From NCBI RefSeq assembly GCF_964213995.1, contig NW_027590134.1:868001-932000 (forward strand): DNA of 64,000 nucleotides. Direction: 5' to 3'. Below are positions 49,446 to 63,084 of this stretch, piece after piece; the first letter of the stretch is position 1, and each line of letters opens with the position of its first letter. The position numbers and the translations under genes are program-made. This stretch comes from Mustelus asterias. Lineage: Eukaryota. A model generated the notes under the pieces. The model saw only the letters and a list, made by a program, of their open reading frames with translations. It did no database searches and was not told the origin of the DNA.

Positions 49446-50370
49446 ATGAGAGTGACTGCCCTTGACATCAAAACAGGATTTGACCGAGTTCAGCATCAAG
49501 GATCCTCAGCAAAAGCAAAGTCGATGGGAATCATGGAAACCTCTCCACTGGTTGGAACTTTATCCAGCATAAAGCCAGATGGTTGTGGTGGTCAGTCATT
49601 TCATCCTCAGGAGACCATTTCCCGAGTTTGTCAAGTTACCGTCCCAGACCCTTCCACCATAAGGTCAGAACTGGAGATGCTCGCTGATGACTGTGCAATG
49701 TTTAGCACCATTCAGGACTCTTCAGTTACCGAAGCAGCCCATTCCTAAATGCAGCAAGAACTGGACAGTATCCAAGCTTGGGCTGAGAAGTGGCAAATAA
49801 CACTCACACCACACATGTACCAGACCAAGACCATTTCCAGCAAGACAGAATCTAACCATTGTCCCTTGACATTAAATGAAATTATATCAATATCTTTGTG
49901 ATGACCTTCAATTGGACTAGCGATGTAATACAAGGGCTACAAGGCAGGTCAGAGACACAGAATCCCATGGTGAGTAACAAAGATCCTGACTGCCAAACAC
50001 TGTTCACCATCTACCAGGCACAAATCAGGAGTATGATGGATTAATCTCCACTTGCCTGGGTTAATGCAGCACCAGCAACACTCAAGAGGTTTGACACCAT
50101 CCCGGACAAAGCATCCCTCATGATTGACATCCCATCTGTAAACACACATGCCCTTGACCACTGACACACAGTGGCAGCAGTACTTACTACCTCCAAGATG
50201 AGCTACTGGAACTCACAAATGTTCCTTCAGTAGCATCTTTCAAACCAAAGAGCACTACCGTCTAGAGAAGGACAAGAACAGTTGACTCATGGAAACACCA
50301 TTAAATGGACCTTCCCCTCCAAGTCACTTACCATTCTCACTTGGGAATATATCGCTGTTCCTTCATTGTG
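49446..50370 (+). mobile_element. Decayed LINE RT fragment (CR1/L2-group, distinct family)
   Basis: ALDIKTGFDRVQH, MLADDCAMF and QQELDSIQAWAEKWQ. Confidence 0.7.
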
Positions 50371-52136
50371 GCTGGATTCATTCTGTATCTGTCATTCTCT
50401 GGTGCAATATATCTGTACCATATGCCATATGTATCTTGCATTTTTTGCTGCAGGATGCATGTTGCATCATTATTTGAACCTGTGTTTGGAACAGTAGTTG
50501 AGCAAGGGATTTTGTCTATCAGTTACTTTCTGATACTGCAAGTGAATTTGGGACTCATTCTGAATCTCTTAAGAATAGCATGTGTGAACATTCAAAATCT
50601 GAGCAGGAATAGACCACTCGAGTCTGCTCCTCCATTCTATAACATCATGGCTGATCTGATTTGAACATCGACTCCACACTCCTGTCTAACCTTAATACCT
50701 TTTACCTCTTTGCTTATCAACAATCTATCTACCTTTGGCTTAAAGACTCCATTTCAGTTAGTGTGTGTGTGTTTGTGTGTGTGACTATCAGTCAGTGCTA
50801 TTGTATATGAATTTAAACACAATTCTGAATAGGAATCTTTCTGGTACCTCACGAGTGCAGGATTCAGTATTCTCTGAAATTGTATGAGTTTGGCAGGCAT
50901 TCTGATCTGTCACAAAGATGGAATATTAGGGAAGGATTTATGTTTCTGTCTCTGGTACCATACGTGATTTGGGGTTCATTCAGCATCTGAGTATATCTGC
51001 TGCTGTTTCTAAAGGGTGCAAATCATGTGTATTGGTCAGACTGTCATAATGTGTGTGAGTGTGGGATCATTCTGAATCTGTCACTGGTACTCAATGTCTG
51101 GGATACTGCAATGTAAGTGTGATAATCAGATGTAACTTTCAGTCCCTGGTGCTGTGTGTGCAGCATGAGATTCATTCATCTAACACTGAGCACATGTGTG
51201 AGAATTATCGTGTGTATGTCAGAGTCTATGACTCAATGTGAGCATGGGATTCATCATGTAATCTTCAATCTATTTATAAGTTTGGATTCATTCTATATAA
51301 ATTTCCAGCAAAGCAACAGGCCACTGATGTGGTAGGTTTGAAGCAAACAATGTATGTGAATTTCGGCCCAACATTAAATCTGTGTCACTCTGAACACAAT
51401 TGTGAAAGATAATGTATCCTTCAATCTGATACTGGATTGCTATGCAAGCTTCACTCAGGTTGTTCACATTGATTTGATCTGTGACACTCAGCCTGATTCT
51501 GAGGAAGAATTTTGACATGAATGTTAAAGGAAACTCAGTCTGGAATTCATATAGTATCGTCTATCTGGCTCAGTGTGAGTGGGGAGTTAGGATTAGTTAA
51601 TAAGCTATCGTTCAATTCAAAGTAATCAAATTGATATTGTAACTTTAAGTTTCATAATCTGGGTGAGTTTTCAACTGGAATCTGAATTTGTATCTCAGGT
51701 TATACTCGCTCTCAGAATATCTCAATCTGAGAATGTATTTGAGATTAGGCTTTGTATCGAATGTATTTGTGAGGATACAAACTATGGGCCACTTTTAAAC
51801 CCCTGATGTGGGTGGTATTTAACTCGAATCTCAGTGTACATTATTAAGGTGCATTGTGTAACTTTTAACCGAAAACCATTTGTCAGTTTTCTCAGATATT
51901 GAATTTGGAGCTGTGGCTGCTCTATTGTGGGATTGACACAGTGATGATCCAATATTAGGTGAGAATTTGGACTGGGATTTATGGATCCCCCTATCAATGG
52001 CACTGAGTTTGATTTGATGTATTGGTATACAGTGAAAGGTATTGCTTCTTGCGTAAAACGGACGAATTCATACCGTTCATAGAGTAGAGGAGAGAAGGAA
52101 AGGAGAGGGTGCAGACTGTAGTGTTAAAAATTCATT

Positions 52137-52212
52137 TACCAGGAGTCGGGTTCGAACCCACGCAGATCTCTGGCCATTGGATCTTAAGCCTTAACCACTC
52201 GGCCATTCTGGT
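52137..52212 (-). pseudogene. tRNA-Leu(TAA) pseudogene with a 7-nt deletion
   Basis: ACCAGAATGGCCGAGTGGTTAAGGC[GTTGGAC missing]TTAAGATCCAATGG...GGGTTCGAACCCGACTCCTGGTA; the 5' strand of the anticodon stem is lost. Confidence 0.85.
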
Positions 52213-53466
52213 ACGAGAACTGGCTGTCAAATCGGCACATCATCTGTCTCTCCTGCTGTTTGGGTCTGTGGAATTGATCAGCTGTCTGTGTCTCTGAGCT
52301 GTCAGTGACAATGTACGGACTGTGTGTGAGAAGGAGTTGGCGACAATTTCCCCTGTAACTTGTGTGGAGGAAATATCACGTTTGTTTTGGATCTGTCAAA
52401 TATTTGTCTGTGAAACAAAGTACATTCAATAACTCAAATACAGATTCCGTCAGTTTAATCTCTATTAATAATCATTGTGAGCGGTTTGTGAGGCTGCAGC
52501 CAGACTCTAGCTCTGATTGGTCACTCACATTTCAATCACATTCTTAACCAATCGGAGTGCCAGGTCGAAGAAATGGGAGGTTTTGATTGGTTCACATTTT
52601 CAAATTGGAAAAACCCGCCAATTTCAGTGCAGAAAAAAAAATAACGGAACGCCTGAATGTTCAGGAAACTATTTCAATCTCACACTTTATAATCTGTTTA
52701 TTGTATTTTCCCTCACAGAATCTTGGCGCTATTGTAGGAACAGTTTGAATTTCTCAATCTCTTATCTATAACCCGCGGTAATCAGACCCCGTTCAGCAAT
52801 TTAAAACGGAGCAAATCTCAGCTCAGTGAAAAAAGCAGAACCAAAGAGATCACCAACCAACCCCTTCACACAGGCTTCACAGGGACAGAGAGAAACGGCT
52901 GATTTCTGATCCTATCCCCTGAAAGCGGCCGAGAATGTTACAATGGGAAGTGCGGAGAGAATCCCTGACTCTATCCCGCCGGTGGAACAAGGCAGCTTTG
53001 TCACCGGAGAAGGAGGAGGGCCTGGGGGAGACAGATCTGAAAAGCGCTGCAATGGACTCAGGTCCTGTGTGTGCAGAAATCTCAGTGATTCCGTCCTCTG
53101 GGAAAGCTGCGGAATAAACAGATCAGCCCGAGAATAACCTCTTCATTCCCGCCTTTACTCTGTTCCGGGAGCGGCTCCCAGATCGCCCGAGAAAAAAATA
53201 ATAATTTAATTCAGAGTCGTGAAACTCTGAATATAGTTATAATCAAATTTAAATAATTACCTCCTGATATTTTTTCTGCCCATTGTCCGTGACGATCCCC
53301 AGACTGGGATTTAAAATCTGCTCTCAGTTCAGTTTGATTGTCCCTTCAATGTGAAAGTGTGTGTGAGGGGCGGATATGAAGTCCCATTCACAGCATTCTG
53401 CACCGGGACAAATCTCTATCCTCCAGAAAGACATTTCTCATTCACTCAATAAGGGAAAAGATGGCG

Positions 53467-53507
53467 CAGCTTTTTCACAGAGATTGTGGGTGGCTCTTAA
53501 AAGAGCC
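53467..53507 (-). terminator. Histone 3' stem-loop and HDE (H2B)
   Basis: Minus-strand GGCTCTTTTAAGAGCC at 53492-53507 followed by ACCCA, then GAAAAAGCTG. Confidence 0.92.
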
Positions 53508-53544
53508 GTTGTGTTTGGGGTGTTTTTCAGTCCATGGGGGAGTT

Positions 53545-53931
53545 TTACTTGGAGCTGGTGTACTTGGTCACCGCCTTTGTCCCTTCCGACACGGCGTGCT
53601 TGGCCAGTTCTCCGGGCAGCAGCAGGCGCACGGCGGTCTGGATCTCCCGGGAGCTGATGGTGCTGCGCTTGTTGTAATGGGCCAGGCGGGAAGCCTCACC
53701 CGCGATGCGCTCGAAAATATCGTTCACGAACGAGTTCATGATGCTCATGGCCTTGGAGGAGATGCCGGTGTCGGGGTGAACCTGCTTCATCACTTTGTAG
53801 ATGTAGATGGAGTAACTCTCTTTCCTCGACCTTCGCCGCTTCTTGCCGCCCTTTGTTCCCGGTTTCTTAATCACTTTCTTCGCTCCCTTCTTGGGAGCTG
53901 GTTTCGATGTTGGTTTCTTCTCATCAGCCAT
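53545..53931 (-). CDS. H2B: Histone H2B (128 aa)
   Basis: [16 protein letters not shown]...[27 protein letters not shown]...AVTKYTSSK. Confidence 0.97.
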   Translation of the reverse strand: MADEKKPTSKPAPKKGAKKVIKKPGTKGGKKRRRSRKESYSIYIYKVMKQVHPDTGISSKAMSIMNSFVNDIFERIAGEASRLAHYNKRSTISSREIQTAVRLLLPGELAKHAVSEGTKAVTKYTSSK

Positions 53932-53976
53932 CTTCAATTTCACGCAGAAATAAAGCAAACCCCTTCCGAGCGCTGA

Positions 53977-54130
53977 TTAAATAGACAGTCCCACAGAACT
54001 ATGCTAATGAGGAATTGGGAAAGCAATGATTGTGATTGGACATTTTGAAAGTTATTACAGTCACTTATCAGGGATTCATTTGAGTGAATATGAAAACAGA
54101 CCAATCTGATTGAGGTGTTTCCGCCAATCA
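53977..54130 (-). promoter_or_regulatory. H2B promoter
   Basis: Minus-strand TATTTAA at 53977-53983, octamer-like ATTAGCAT at 54001-54008 and CCAAT boxes. Confidence 0.7.
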
Positions 54131-54306
54131 CAAGCCTCCTTACTAAATCAGGAAATACATTTTACAAAGAATCTCCAGCGCCAGTTTGTCAGTGTGTAAA
54201 GATCCACCGGGAAATGTCCCCTGACTGTCGGTGTGAGGGACCGTTCTCCACAGAGGGACTGTGCGGGAGTGTGGGATTCCTTCAGGAACTGTGAATCTCT
54301 GGTAAA

Positions 54307-55508
54307 GTGTGTGAGTGTGGGATTTACTCACTCTCTAACACAGTGTGTGTGTGGGATTTACTCACTCTCTGATACAGTGTGAGTGTGGGATTTACTCACT
54401 CTGATACAGTGTGAGTGTGGGATTTACTCTCTCTGATACAGTGTGTGAGTGTGGGATTTACTCACTCTCTGATACAGTGTGAGAGTGTGGGATTTACTCA
54501 CTCTCTGATACAGTGTGAGAGTGTGGGGTTTACTCACTCTCTGATACAGTGTGTGAGTGTGGGGTTTACTCACTCTCTGATACAGTGTGTGAGTGTGGGA
54601 TTTACTCACTCTCTGATACAGTGTGTGAGTGTGGGATTTACTCACTCTCTGATACAGTGTGTGTGTGGGATTTACTCACTCTCTGATACAGTGTGTGAGT
54701 GTGGGGTTTACTCACTCTCTGATACAGTGTGTGAGTGTGGGATTTACTCACTCTCTGATACAGTGTGTGAGTGTGGGGTTTACTCACTCTCTGATACAGT
54801 GTGAGTGTGGGATTTACTCACTCTCTGATCCGGTGTGTGAGTGTGGGATTTACTCACTCTCTGATCCGGTGTGTGAGCGTGGGATTTACTCACCCTCTGA
54901 TGCAGTGTGGGATTTACTCACTCTCTGATACAGTGTGTGTGGGGGTGGGGGGGGGGGATTTACTCACTCTCTGATACAGTGTGAGTGTGGGATTTACTCA
55001 CTCTCTGATACAGTGTGTGAATGTGGGATTTACTCACTCTCGGATACAGCGTGAGTGTGGGATTTACTCACTCTCTGATGCAGTGTGAGTGTGGGATTTA
55101 CTCACTCTCTGATACAGTGTGAGTGTGGGATTTACTCACTCTCTGATACAGTGTGAGTGTGGGATTTACTCACTCTCTGATGCAGTGTGAGTGTGGGATT
55201 TACTCACTCTCTGATGCAGTGTGTGAATGTGGGATTTACTCACTCTCGGATACAGCGTGAGTGTGGGATTTACTCACTCTCTGATACAGTGTGAGTGTGG
55301 GATTTACTCACTCTCTGATACAGCGTGAGTGTGGGATTTACTCACTCTCTGATACAGTGTGAGTGTGGGATTTACTCACTCTCTGATGCAGTGTGTGAAT
55401 TTGGGATTTACTCACTCTCTGATACAGTGTGTGTGGGGGGGGATTTACTCACTCTCTGATACAGTGTGTGTGTGTGTGGGATTTACTCACTCTGATACAG
55501 CGTGTGAG
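54307..55508. repeat. Satellite C, ~32-34-bp unit gtgtgggatttactcactctctgatacagtgtgtga; remnant at about 56750-56795
   Basis: Directly visible, homogeneous tandem array. Confidence 0.95.
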
Positions 55509-55509
55509 A

Positions 55510-56745
55510 CCATAAGTTATCGGAGTAGAATTCGGCCACTCAGACCATCGAGTCTGGTCCGCCAATCATGACTGATATTTTTCTCTTTCCCATTCTCCTG
55601 CCTTTTCCCCATAATCCCTGGTCCCCTTATTAATCAAGTCTATCTATCTCTGTCTTAAAAACACTCAATGACTTGGCCTCCACAGCCTTCTGCGACAACG
55701 AGTTCCACAGATTCACCAGTCTCTGGCTGAAGAAATTACTCCACATCTCTGTTTTAAAGGATCGTCCCTTTAGCCTGAGATTGTGCCCTCTGGTTCTAGT
55801 TTTTCCTGATTTTGGAAATAACCTCTCCATGTCCACTCTATCCAGGCCTCACAGTATCCTATAAGTTTCAACAAGGTCCCCCCTCATCCTTGTGAACTCC
55901 AATGAGTGCAGACCCAGAGTCCTCAACCGTTCCTCATATGACAAGCTTTTCATTCCAGGGATCATTCTTGTGAACCTCCTCTGGGCCCTTTCCAAGGCCA
56001 GCACATCCTTCCTTAGATACGGGGCCCAAAGCTGCTCACAATACTGCAAATGGGGTGTGACTGGAGCCTTGTACAGCCTCAGAAGTACATCACTGCTCTT
56101 GTATTGTATCCCTCTCGCCATGAATGCTAACATTGCCTTTGCCTTCCGAACTGCCAACTGACCCTGCCAGTTAACCTTAAGAGAATCTTGAACAATGACT
56201 CCCAAGTCCCTTTGCGCTTCTGATTTCCTCAGCATTTCCCCATTTAGAAAATAGTCTATGCCTCCATTCCTCCCTCCAAAGTGCATAACCTCACACTATT
56301 CCACATTGTATTCCATCTGCCACTTCTTTGCCCACTCTCCTAGCCTGTCCAAGTCCTTCTGCAGCCCCCCTGCTTCCTCAATACTACCTGTCCCTCTCCA
56401 TATCTTTGTATCATCTGCAAACCTAGCAACAGAGCTTTCACTTCCTGCTTCCAAATTGTGAATGTATATGGTGAAAAGTTGTGGTCCCAGCACTGATCCC
56501 TGAGGCACACCACTCAACATCGGCTGCCATCCTGAAACAGACCTCTTTATCCCCACTCTCTGCCTTCTGCCAGTCAGCCAATCCTCTATCCATGCCTGGA
56601 TCTTACCCTTAACACCATGGACTCTTAACTTATTTAGCAGTCTCCGACTCAGCACCGTGTCAGAGGGCCTTCTGGAAATCTAAATAAATCACGTACACTG
56701 GTTCTCCTTTATCGAACTTCCTTTTACCCCCTCAAAGAACTTTAA
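55510..56745 (-). mobile_element. CR1 3' fragment inserted in satellite C
   Basis: RT ORFs 55849-56286 and 56296-56655. Confidence 0.88.
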
Positions 56746-57719
56746 AACTTAGTGTGGGATTTACTCACTGATAGAGCATGTGAGTGTGGGATTTGTATCT
56801 GTGAATGGATGAGAACATTTCTGAGTTTATGATTCATTCTGTATCTGGGTCTCATTGTGTGTCTGTCCAAAAGTGGTGCATGTGATTGCATGTAGTAATA
56901 ATTCTCTTCTTGGTGGTATTTGTTTTATTTTTGCATGTATCCCTCTCCTCCACAATATCAGTGTGTTCATTTTATTCTGCATCTGTCAGTCTCTAGCTGT
57001 ATTTAAGTGCACGTGCTGCAGAATGGCAGTGGAATCACACACTGACTCTGTTTGACTGTTCTTCCTTTGCGCTTGATAAGCAATTGCTAAAATACTCAAT
57101 GTATAGCGTATTTTCTACCTATCCTCTTAAATTTAATCAACATTTTTCCTTCTGACAGGCAAAGAGTTGAAACCAGCAGAATAAATGGAGAGATTCTTTC
57201 ACACAAGGAGAATTGCAGCCAGCTCCTCACATACAGTAAGTGTCACTCACACACAGCAGAGATGGCCAAGAGGTTCACTTGCTGGAGTTCTGATCCATTG
57301 TGCTCTGCAAGCACAGGCCCCAAGCACAATATTGTTGTTGGTTTATGGTTCAGTTGTCTGGTTGGTGAGGGTTTCAACTAAATTGACAGCGGGTTCGACA
57401 CCAGCATATAGAAGTAGCAGAAAGGAATAAGGGCAGAAAGGAGGGAGAGTGATGGATAATACTGGAGAAGGAGCAGACTATGAAGCATTGAAGTTAGTCC
57501 TCTTCCAATTTAGAATGTCTACTTCAGATTGTTCCTTGCTAATGTCAAGCTTGTGATACAATGATCACTGGATAAAAACACAGACACTTGATTCATGTGG
57601 CCAACCTTGGCCCACCCCATTCCCCAGCACCAGATCCAGCAATGCTTTGTTCATAGTTTCTTGAGAATACTCTGGTCCAAGAAATTCTCTTGAACATATT
57701 TCAAAAATTCCCAGACTGA

Positions 57720-59545
57720 TGAATGTATGAATTAGGAGCAGGCATAGGTCATTTGGCCCCTTGAGCCTGCTCCACCATTCAATATGATCATGACTGGTCT
57801 GATTGTAACTTCAAACCCACATCCTTACCTATCCCCGATAATCTTTCACCTCCTTGCTTCCTCATAGAACTAGGGAGCCGGGTTCAATTCCAACCTTGGG
57901 TGACTGTCTGGAATTTGCACATTCTCCCTGTGTCAACATTTGTTCATTTGGGTGCTTTTTCTGAGTGGCAGTCAGTGACTAGTGGGGTTCTGCAGGGATC
58001 AGTGCTAGGACCCCAACTGTTCACATTATATATTAATGATTTAGAAGAGGGAACTGAATGTATTGTCTCCAAATTTGCAGATGATACGAAGTTGGGTGGG
58101 AGGGTAAGCTGTGAGGAGGATGCAGAGTTACTTCAGTGTGATTTGGACAAGCTGAGTGCATCGGCATCGCATGTCAGATGCAGTATAATGTGGATAAATG
58201 TGAGGTTATGCACTTTGGTAGAAGGAATCGGAAAAAAGATTATTTCATGAATGGTTGTAAATTTAGAGAGGTGGATATTCAATGAGAGCTTGGAGTCCTC
58301 ATGCATCAGTTGCTGAAAGTAAGAACGCAGGTAGAGCAGGCAGTAAAGAAGGCAAATGGTATGTTGGCCTTAATAGCGAGAGGATTTGAGTACAGAGATA
58401 GGGATGTTTTGCTGCAATTGTGTAGGGTGTTGGTGAGGCCACACCTGGAGTATTGTGTGCACTTTTGGTGTCCTTATCTGAGGAAGGATGTCCTTGCTGT
58501 AGAGAGAGTACAATTGAGGTTTACTTGGCTGATTCCTGGGCTGGCAGATCTGTCATATGATGAGAGACTAAATCGCTTAGGATTCAGAGAGACTAAGTTG
58601 GCTGGAAAGAATGTTCCAAATGGTGGGGGAGTCCAGAACTAGGGGTCTTGGTTGAGGATAAGGGGTAAAGCTTTTAGAACTTAGGTGAGGAGAAATTTCC
58701 TCACCCAGAGGGTGGTGAATGCGCAGAATTCACGACCACAGAATGTAGTTGAGGCCAAAACGTTGTCTGGTTTCAAGAAGAAATTAGATATAGCTCTTGG
58801 GTTCAAAGGGATCAAGGGATAGCGGGGGGCGGGGGGGTGGGGGGGGAAGAGTGGGGATCAGGATATTGAATTCAATGATCAGAATGAATTGTGGAGCAGG
58901 CTCGATGGGCTGAATGGCCTACTCCTGCTTCTGATTTCTATGTTTCTATGCTCCAGTTTCCTCACACATTCCAAAGATGTGCAGGTTAGGTGGATTGACC
59001 ATGCTAACTTGCTTCTTTGTGTCCCAAGATGTGTAGGTTAGGGGGATTAGCAGGGTAAATGCATGGGGTTACAGGTTTGCAGCAAGGAGTGGGCCTCAGA
59101 AAGATGCTCTGTTGGAAAATCGGTGCAAACCCGAGGGGCCAAATGGCCTTCGTCGACACTGTAGGTATTCTATGATTTTCTATCCACCTCTGCAATCAAA
59201 ATATTGAAAGACTTTGCTTGCTTTGCCTTTTGAGGAAGGGAGTTCCATCGACACACAACCCTCTGAGAGAAAATAATCTCGCCTCATCTGTGCCTTAAAT
59301 GGATGACCCTTTATTTTTAAACAGTGACCCCTCATTCTAGATTCCCCCACAAGAGGAAATATGCTCTCCACATCCATCCTGTCAAGACCACTCAGATCTG
59401 TAAAGTTTCAATCAAGTCGACACTTACTCTTCTAACCTCTCGGATGCAAATTTATCCCCTCCAACATTTCCTCATGAGACAACCCGCTCCTTCCTGGTAT
59501 TAATCCCGTAAACCTTCTCTGAACTGTTTCAAGCACATCTACATA
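57720..59545. mobile_element. Cluster of decayed CR1 (57955-58950 +, 59180-59545 -) and SINE pieces
   Basis: GVLQGSVLGPQLF, KFADDTK and LVRPHLEYC motifs; SINE core at about 58950-59180. Confidence 0.75.
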
Positions 59546-59615
59546 TTGAGCTGAAGCTAAACGAAGCACGTTATTTATTGGGAAAATTATTATATATTAT
59601 CTTTATTTGTTCTAG

Positions 59616-60214
59616 CAAGAAGTCTCACAATACCAGGTTAAAGTCCATCTGGTTTTTTTGGTGGCATGAGCTTTCAGAGCGCTGCTCCTTGTTAGAGTGT
59701 AACAGGGGACAACTTTGATTGGATGTAATGTGACCAATGGGAACAAGATGTAAGGGTCAGCTGACCCAACAAAGCATGGAACCAATCAGAGTGATGTAAT
59801 AGTCAGCTGATGAGCTGATACACTATAAATAAGGATCTGTGTCAAATTGTGGGGAGCCTGGAGTGGCCCAGGGTGAGGCCCCAAGTTTGGAGTAATGATG
59901 TTTCTTTATTAAACCCGTTCTTTGATTTATAAGATGGAGTAAGTTTTGTTGTATTTTCACTCGCTGCATTTTGAAGAGTTCCTTCTGAAGAAACACTCCT
60001 TCCTCAGGTGAGTGGAGAGTTGGATTCACAAACAGGGCATATATAGAAACATGTCTATCTATGCCTTGTTTGTGAACCCAATTCTCCACTCACCTGAGGA
60101 AGGAGAAGTGCTCCGAAAGCTCGTGCTACCAAATAAACCTGTTCGACTTGAACCTGGTGTTGTGAGACTTCTTACCGTGCCCACCCCAGTCAAATGCCGG
60201 CATCACAACATCTG
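59616..60214 (+). mobile_element. Penelope-like relic with inverted arm and hammerhead motif (60091-60125)
   Basis: TSD ATTTGTTCTAG (59605-59615, 60215-60225); CAC-CTGAGGA-AGGAGAAGTGCTCC-GAAAGCTC-GTG. Confidence 0.8.
59690..59995 (+). mobile_element. Solo LTR (306 bp)
   Basis: TGTT...AACA termini, 5-bp TSD CTCCT, CCAAT boxes, TATAAAT and ATTAAA. Confidence 0.8.
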
Positions 60215-60269
60215 ATTTGTTCTAGTATAAGGTGTAAATTTTACATTGAAGACACGTCAGGTGAAGACA

Positions 60270-61950
60270 GCTGAGTGGAATGTGCGGTTTGTCTCATGTG
60301 GGGAGTCTTGGATGCTGCCAGTGTCTTGAATGACCACATGTGCAGGAAGTGTTCCCAGCTGCAGAAACTGGAGCTCCAGGTTTCGGACCTTGAGGAGCAG
60401 CTGGACAGACTGTAATGCATTTGAGAGGCTGAGAGTTATGTGGACAGCACATTTAGAGAGATGGTCACAGCACAGCTCAAGGTTCTAGAGGAAAGAAGGG
60501 AAGGGGTGACCACTGAGCAGTCCAGGAAGAACAGGCATGTGGAATCATGGAATAGAATCATGGAATCCCTCCAGTGCAGAAGGGGGCCATTCAGCCCATC
60601 GAGCCTGCACCAATATCCATCCTACCCAGCCCCTATCCCCATAACCCCAGGTATTTACGCTGCCAATCTCTCCAACCTACACATCTTGGGGCACTAAAGG
60701 GCAATTTAGCATGGTCAATCCACCTAACCTGCACATTTTTGGACTGTGGGAGGTAACCAGAGCACCAGGAGGAAACCCACACATAAACCGGGAGAATGTG
60801 CAAACTCCACACAAACAGCCATCCAAGGCCAGAATTGAAGCCGGGTCCCTCATGCTGTGAGGCAGCAATGCAAACCACTTTGTCACCCTGCCACCCAAAC
60901 GGGTACTGCAGGAGTCCCCTGGGATCCTAGTCACGAACATGTCTTCCATTTTGGATGCAGATGAGGGTGTTGGTCAGCACCCCAGAGGAGCGCAGTCAGA
61001 GCCAAGATTCTGGCACCACAAGCATCTTGCTTGAACAGGTGAGGAAGAAGAAGACAGGAAGAGCAATAGTGATAGGGAATTCATCAGTCAGTAGAGCAGA
61101 CAGGCATTTCTGTGGCCAAGGATTTGACTTCAGGATGGTGTGTTATCTCCCTGGCCAGTGTCAGGGATGTCACTGAATCGCTGAAGGACATCCTGAAAGA
61201 GGAGGGTGATAGGATAGAGGTTGTGATACATATAAAAGTAGCAGAAAGGAATAAGGGCAGAAAGGAGGGAGAGTGATGGATAATACAGGAGAAGGAAGTA
61301 ATACCATGTTGGATAGAAGGAGACAAACAAGTACTATGAAGAATGTCAAGACAGGTTTCCAATGTATGTAAACACAAAGTGTGATAAACAAGGTTGATGA
61401 GCTTGAAGGACCAAGAGAAATGTGGGAATCTGATGCGAAGGCAATGACAGAAATGTGGCTTAAAGAGTGAAGACAGGGTGCTGAATATTCAAGAATTGTG
61501 TTCAGAAAGAGATAGATAATAGAAAAGGAGAGGTGGGATGACAATACTGACCAGGGAAGTCATTGTAGTGTTGGAGAGTGGAGATGTCCTTGAGGTGACA
61601 AGGACACAATCCAGTTGTTTAAAGTCTGAAATCAGTGTAAGGGGAACTATTGAGAAAAATTGTGAGGGTCAAAATTAATCTCCATTTGCAGAGGCAAGGA
61701 TTAATCAAGGATAGTCAGCATGGCTTTGTTCGGGGGAGATCATGTCTAACAAATTAGATTGAATTTTTTGGGGAGTTGTCTCGCCTTGTAGGTCAGGGCA
61801 GTGAGTTGATGTTGTCCACATGGACTTCAGTAAGGCATTTGACAATGGGAGACTGGTCAAGAAGATATGAGCCCATGGGATCCAGTATAATTTGGAAAAT
61901 TGCATCAAAAACATTCGTAGTGGCATAAAGCAGAGGGTGATGGTCACAGG
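60270..61950 (+). mobile_element. Decayed CR1 (ORF1 and ORF2 remnants) with a SINE (about 60540-60895, -) inside
   Basis: CRKCSQLQKLE, GRAIVIGNS...RMVCYLPG and QHGFVRGRSCLTN. Confidence 0.7.
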
Positions 61951-63084
61951 TTGCATGTTCCTTTGTGTTCCAGCTTGTGCAGATTCAATGGTTTGTGGGT
62001 TATTTGGATAGTGTGGGAGGGGGTTGTGTGGGAAAATGTAAGATGCTGAGTCAGTGCAGACTAGATGGCATAAATATCCTCCCCCACTATAGCGATGCAA
62101 AGAACAAAGAACAATACAGAACAGAAACAGATCCTTTAGCCCACCAAGTCTGTACCGATGTAGATGCCTCTCTGATCTTTGGAACAAGTTTGGTGAACCT
62201 TTGTTACACTTTCTATCACAAAATAATTATCCTTCCTAAGGTAAGGGGACCAAAACTACACACAGTTCTCCAGGTGCCGTCTAACCAAGCTGCTAGACAA
62301 TTAAAGTAAGGCTTCACTTCTGCTGTACTCAAAACCTTTTGCAATAATGTCCAACATATCATTAGCCTTCCTAATTGCCATCTGGACCTGCATGTTAACA
62401 TTTTTAGTCCTTTTGTACATCTACATTTTCTTATCTTTTATCTTGACAGGTATATATCACAGGAATAAAACAAATTCATCCACTCACAGATATAAAACAC
62501 GGTGTCACCTTGATCACACATTAAGTAACAATTCTTCGCTCAGACAGACAAAAGATAATTGTACAATACTGAATAAATTACAATTAATTACCTGATAAAT
62601 ATGTAAATGAATCCAAAAAAGCTCAATATGAGTAAGACAGAAAGATGTAACAGCAATTCCTTTGCTTCCAATTGCAGGAATTGCTTCCCAGGTTATGTAT
62701 CCAATTGTTACCATTCACAGAATTACAAATTGAATACTCACACACAGCTGCTGAATATAAACAGGGACAGTCAAATGTACTGGAAATCTATGAAAAAATA
62801 AATTGAAAGATGAACAAATATCAATACATTATGTTTTTAGCATGTAGTGTTTATCACAATGTCTGAGATACATGTAAAGTTAAAGTACAGAAGTATCCCA
62901 CACTTCAACACAACGCAAGAGACACATGGATAAAGATTGATTCCTACACCCACATGGATAATCAGAGAATCACAGATGTAAAATTAATCCTACTTTCTCA
63001 AACTCTCTAGAGACAGATGGAAGAACAAGGAATTCCAAAACATACTAGAGAATGACAACTACAGAATGATACCTACATTCAAAC

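Noticed and set aside
57335-57410. Possible tRNA (GGGTTCGACACC)
   Set aside because: B-box-like only; no convincing cloverleaf.
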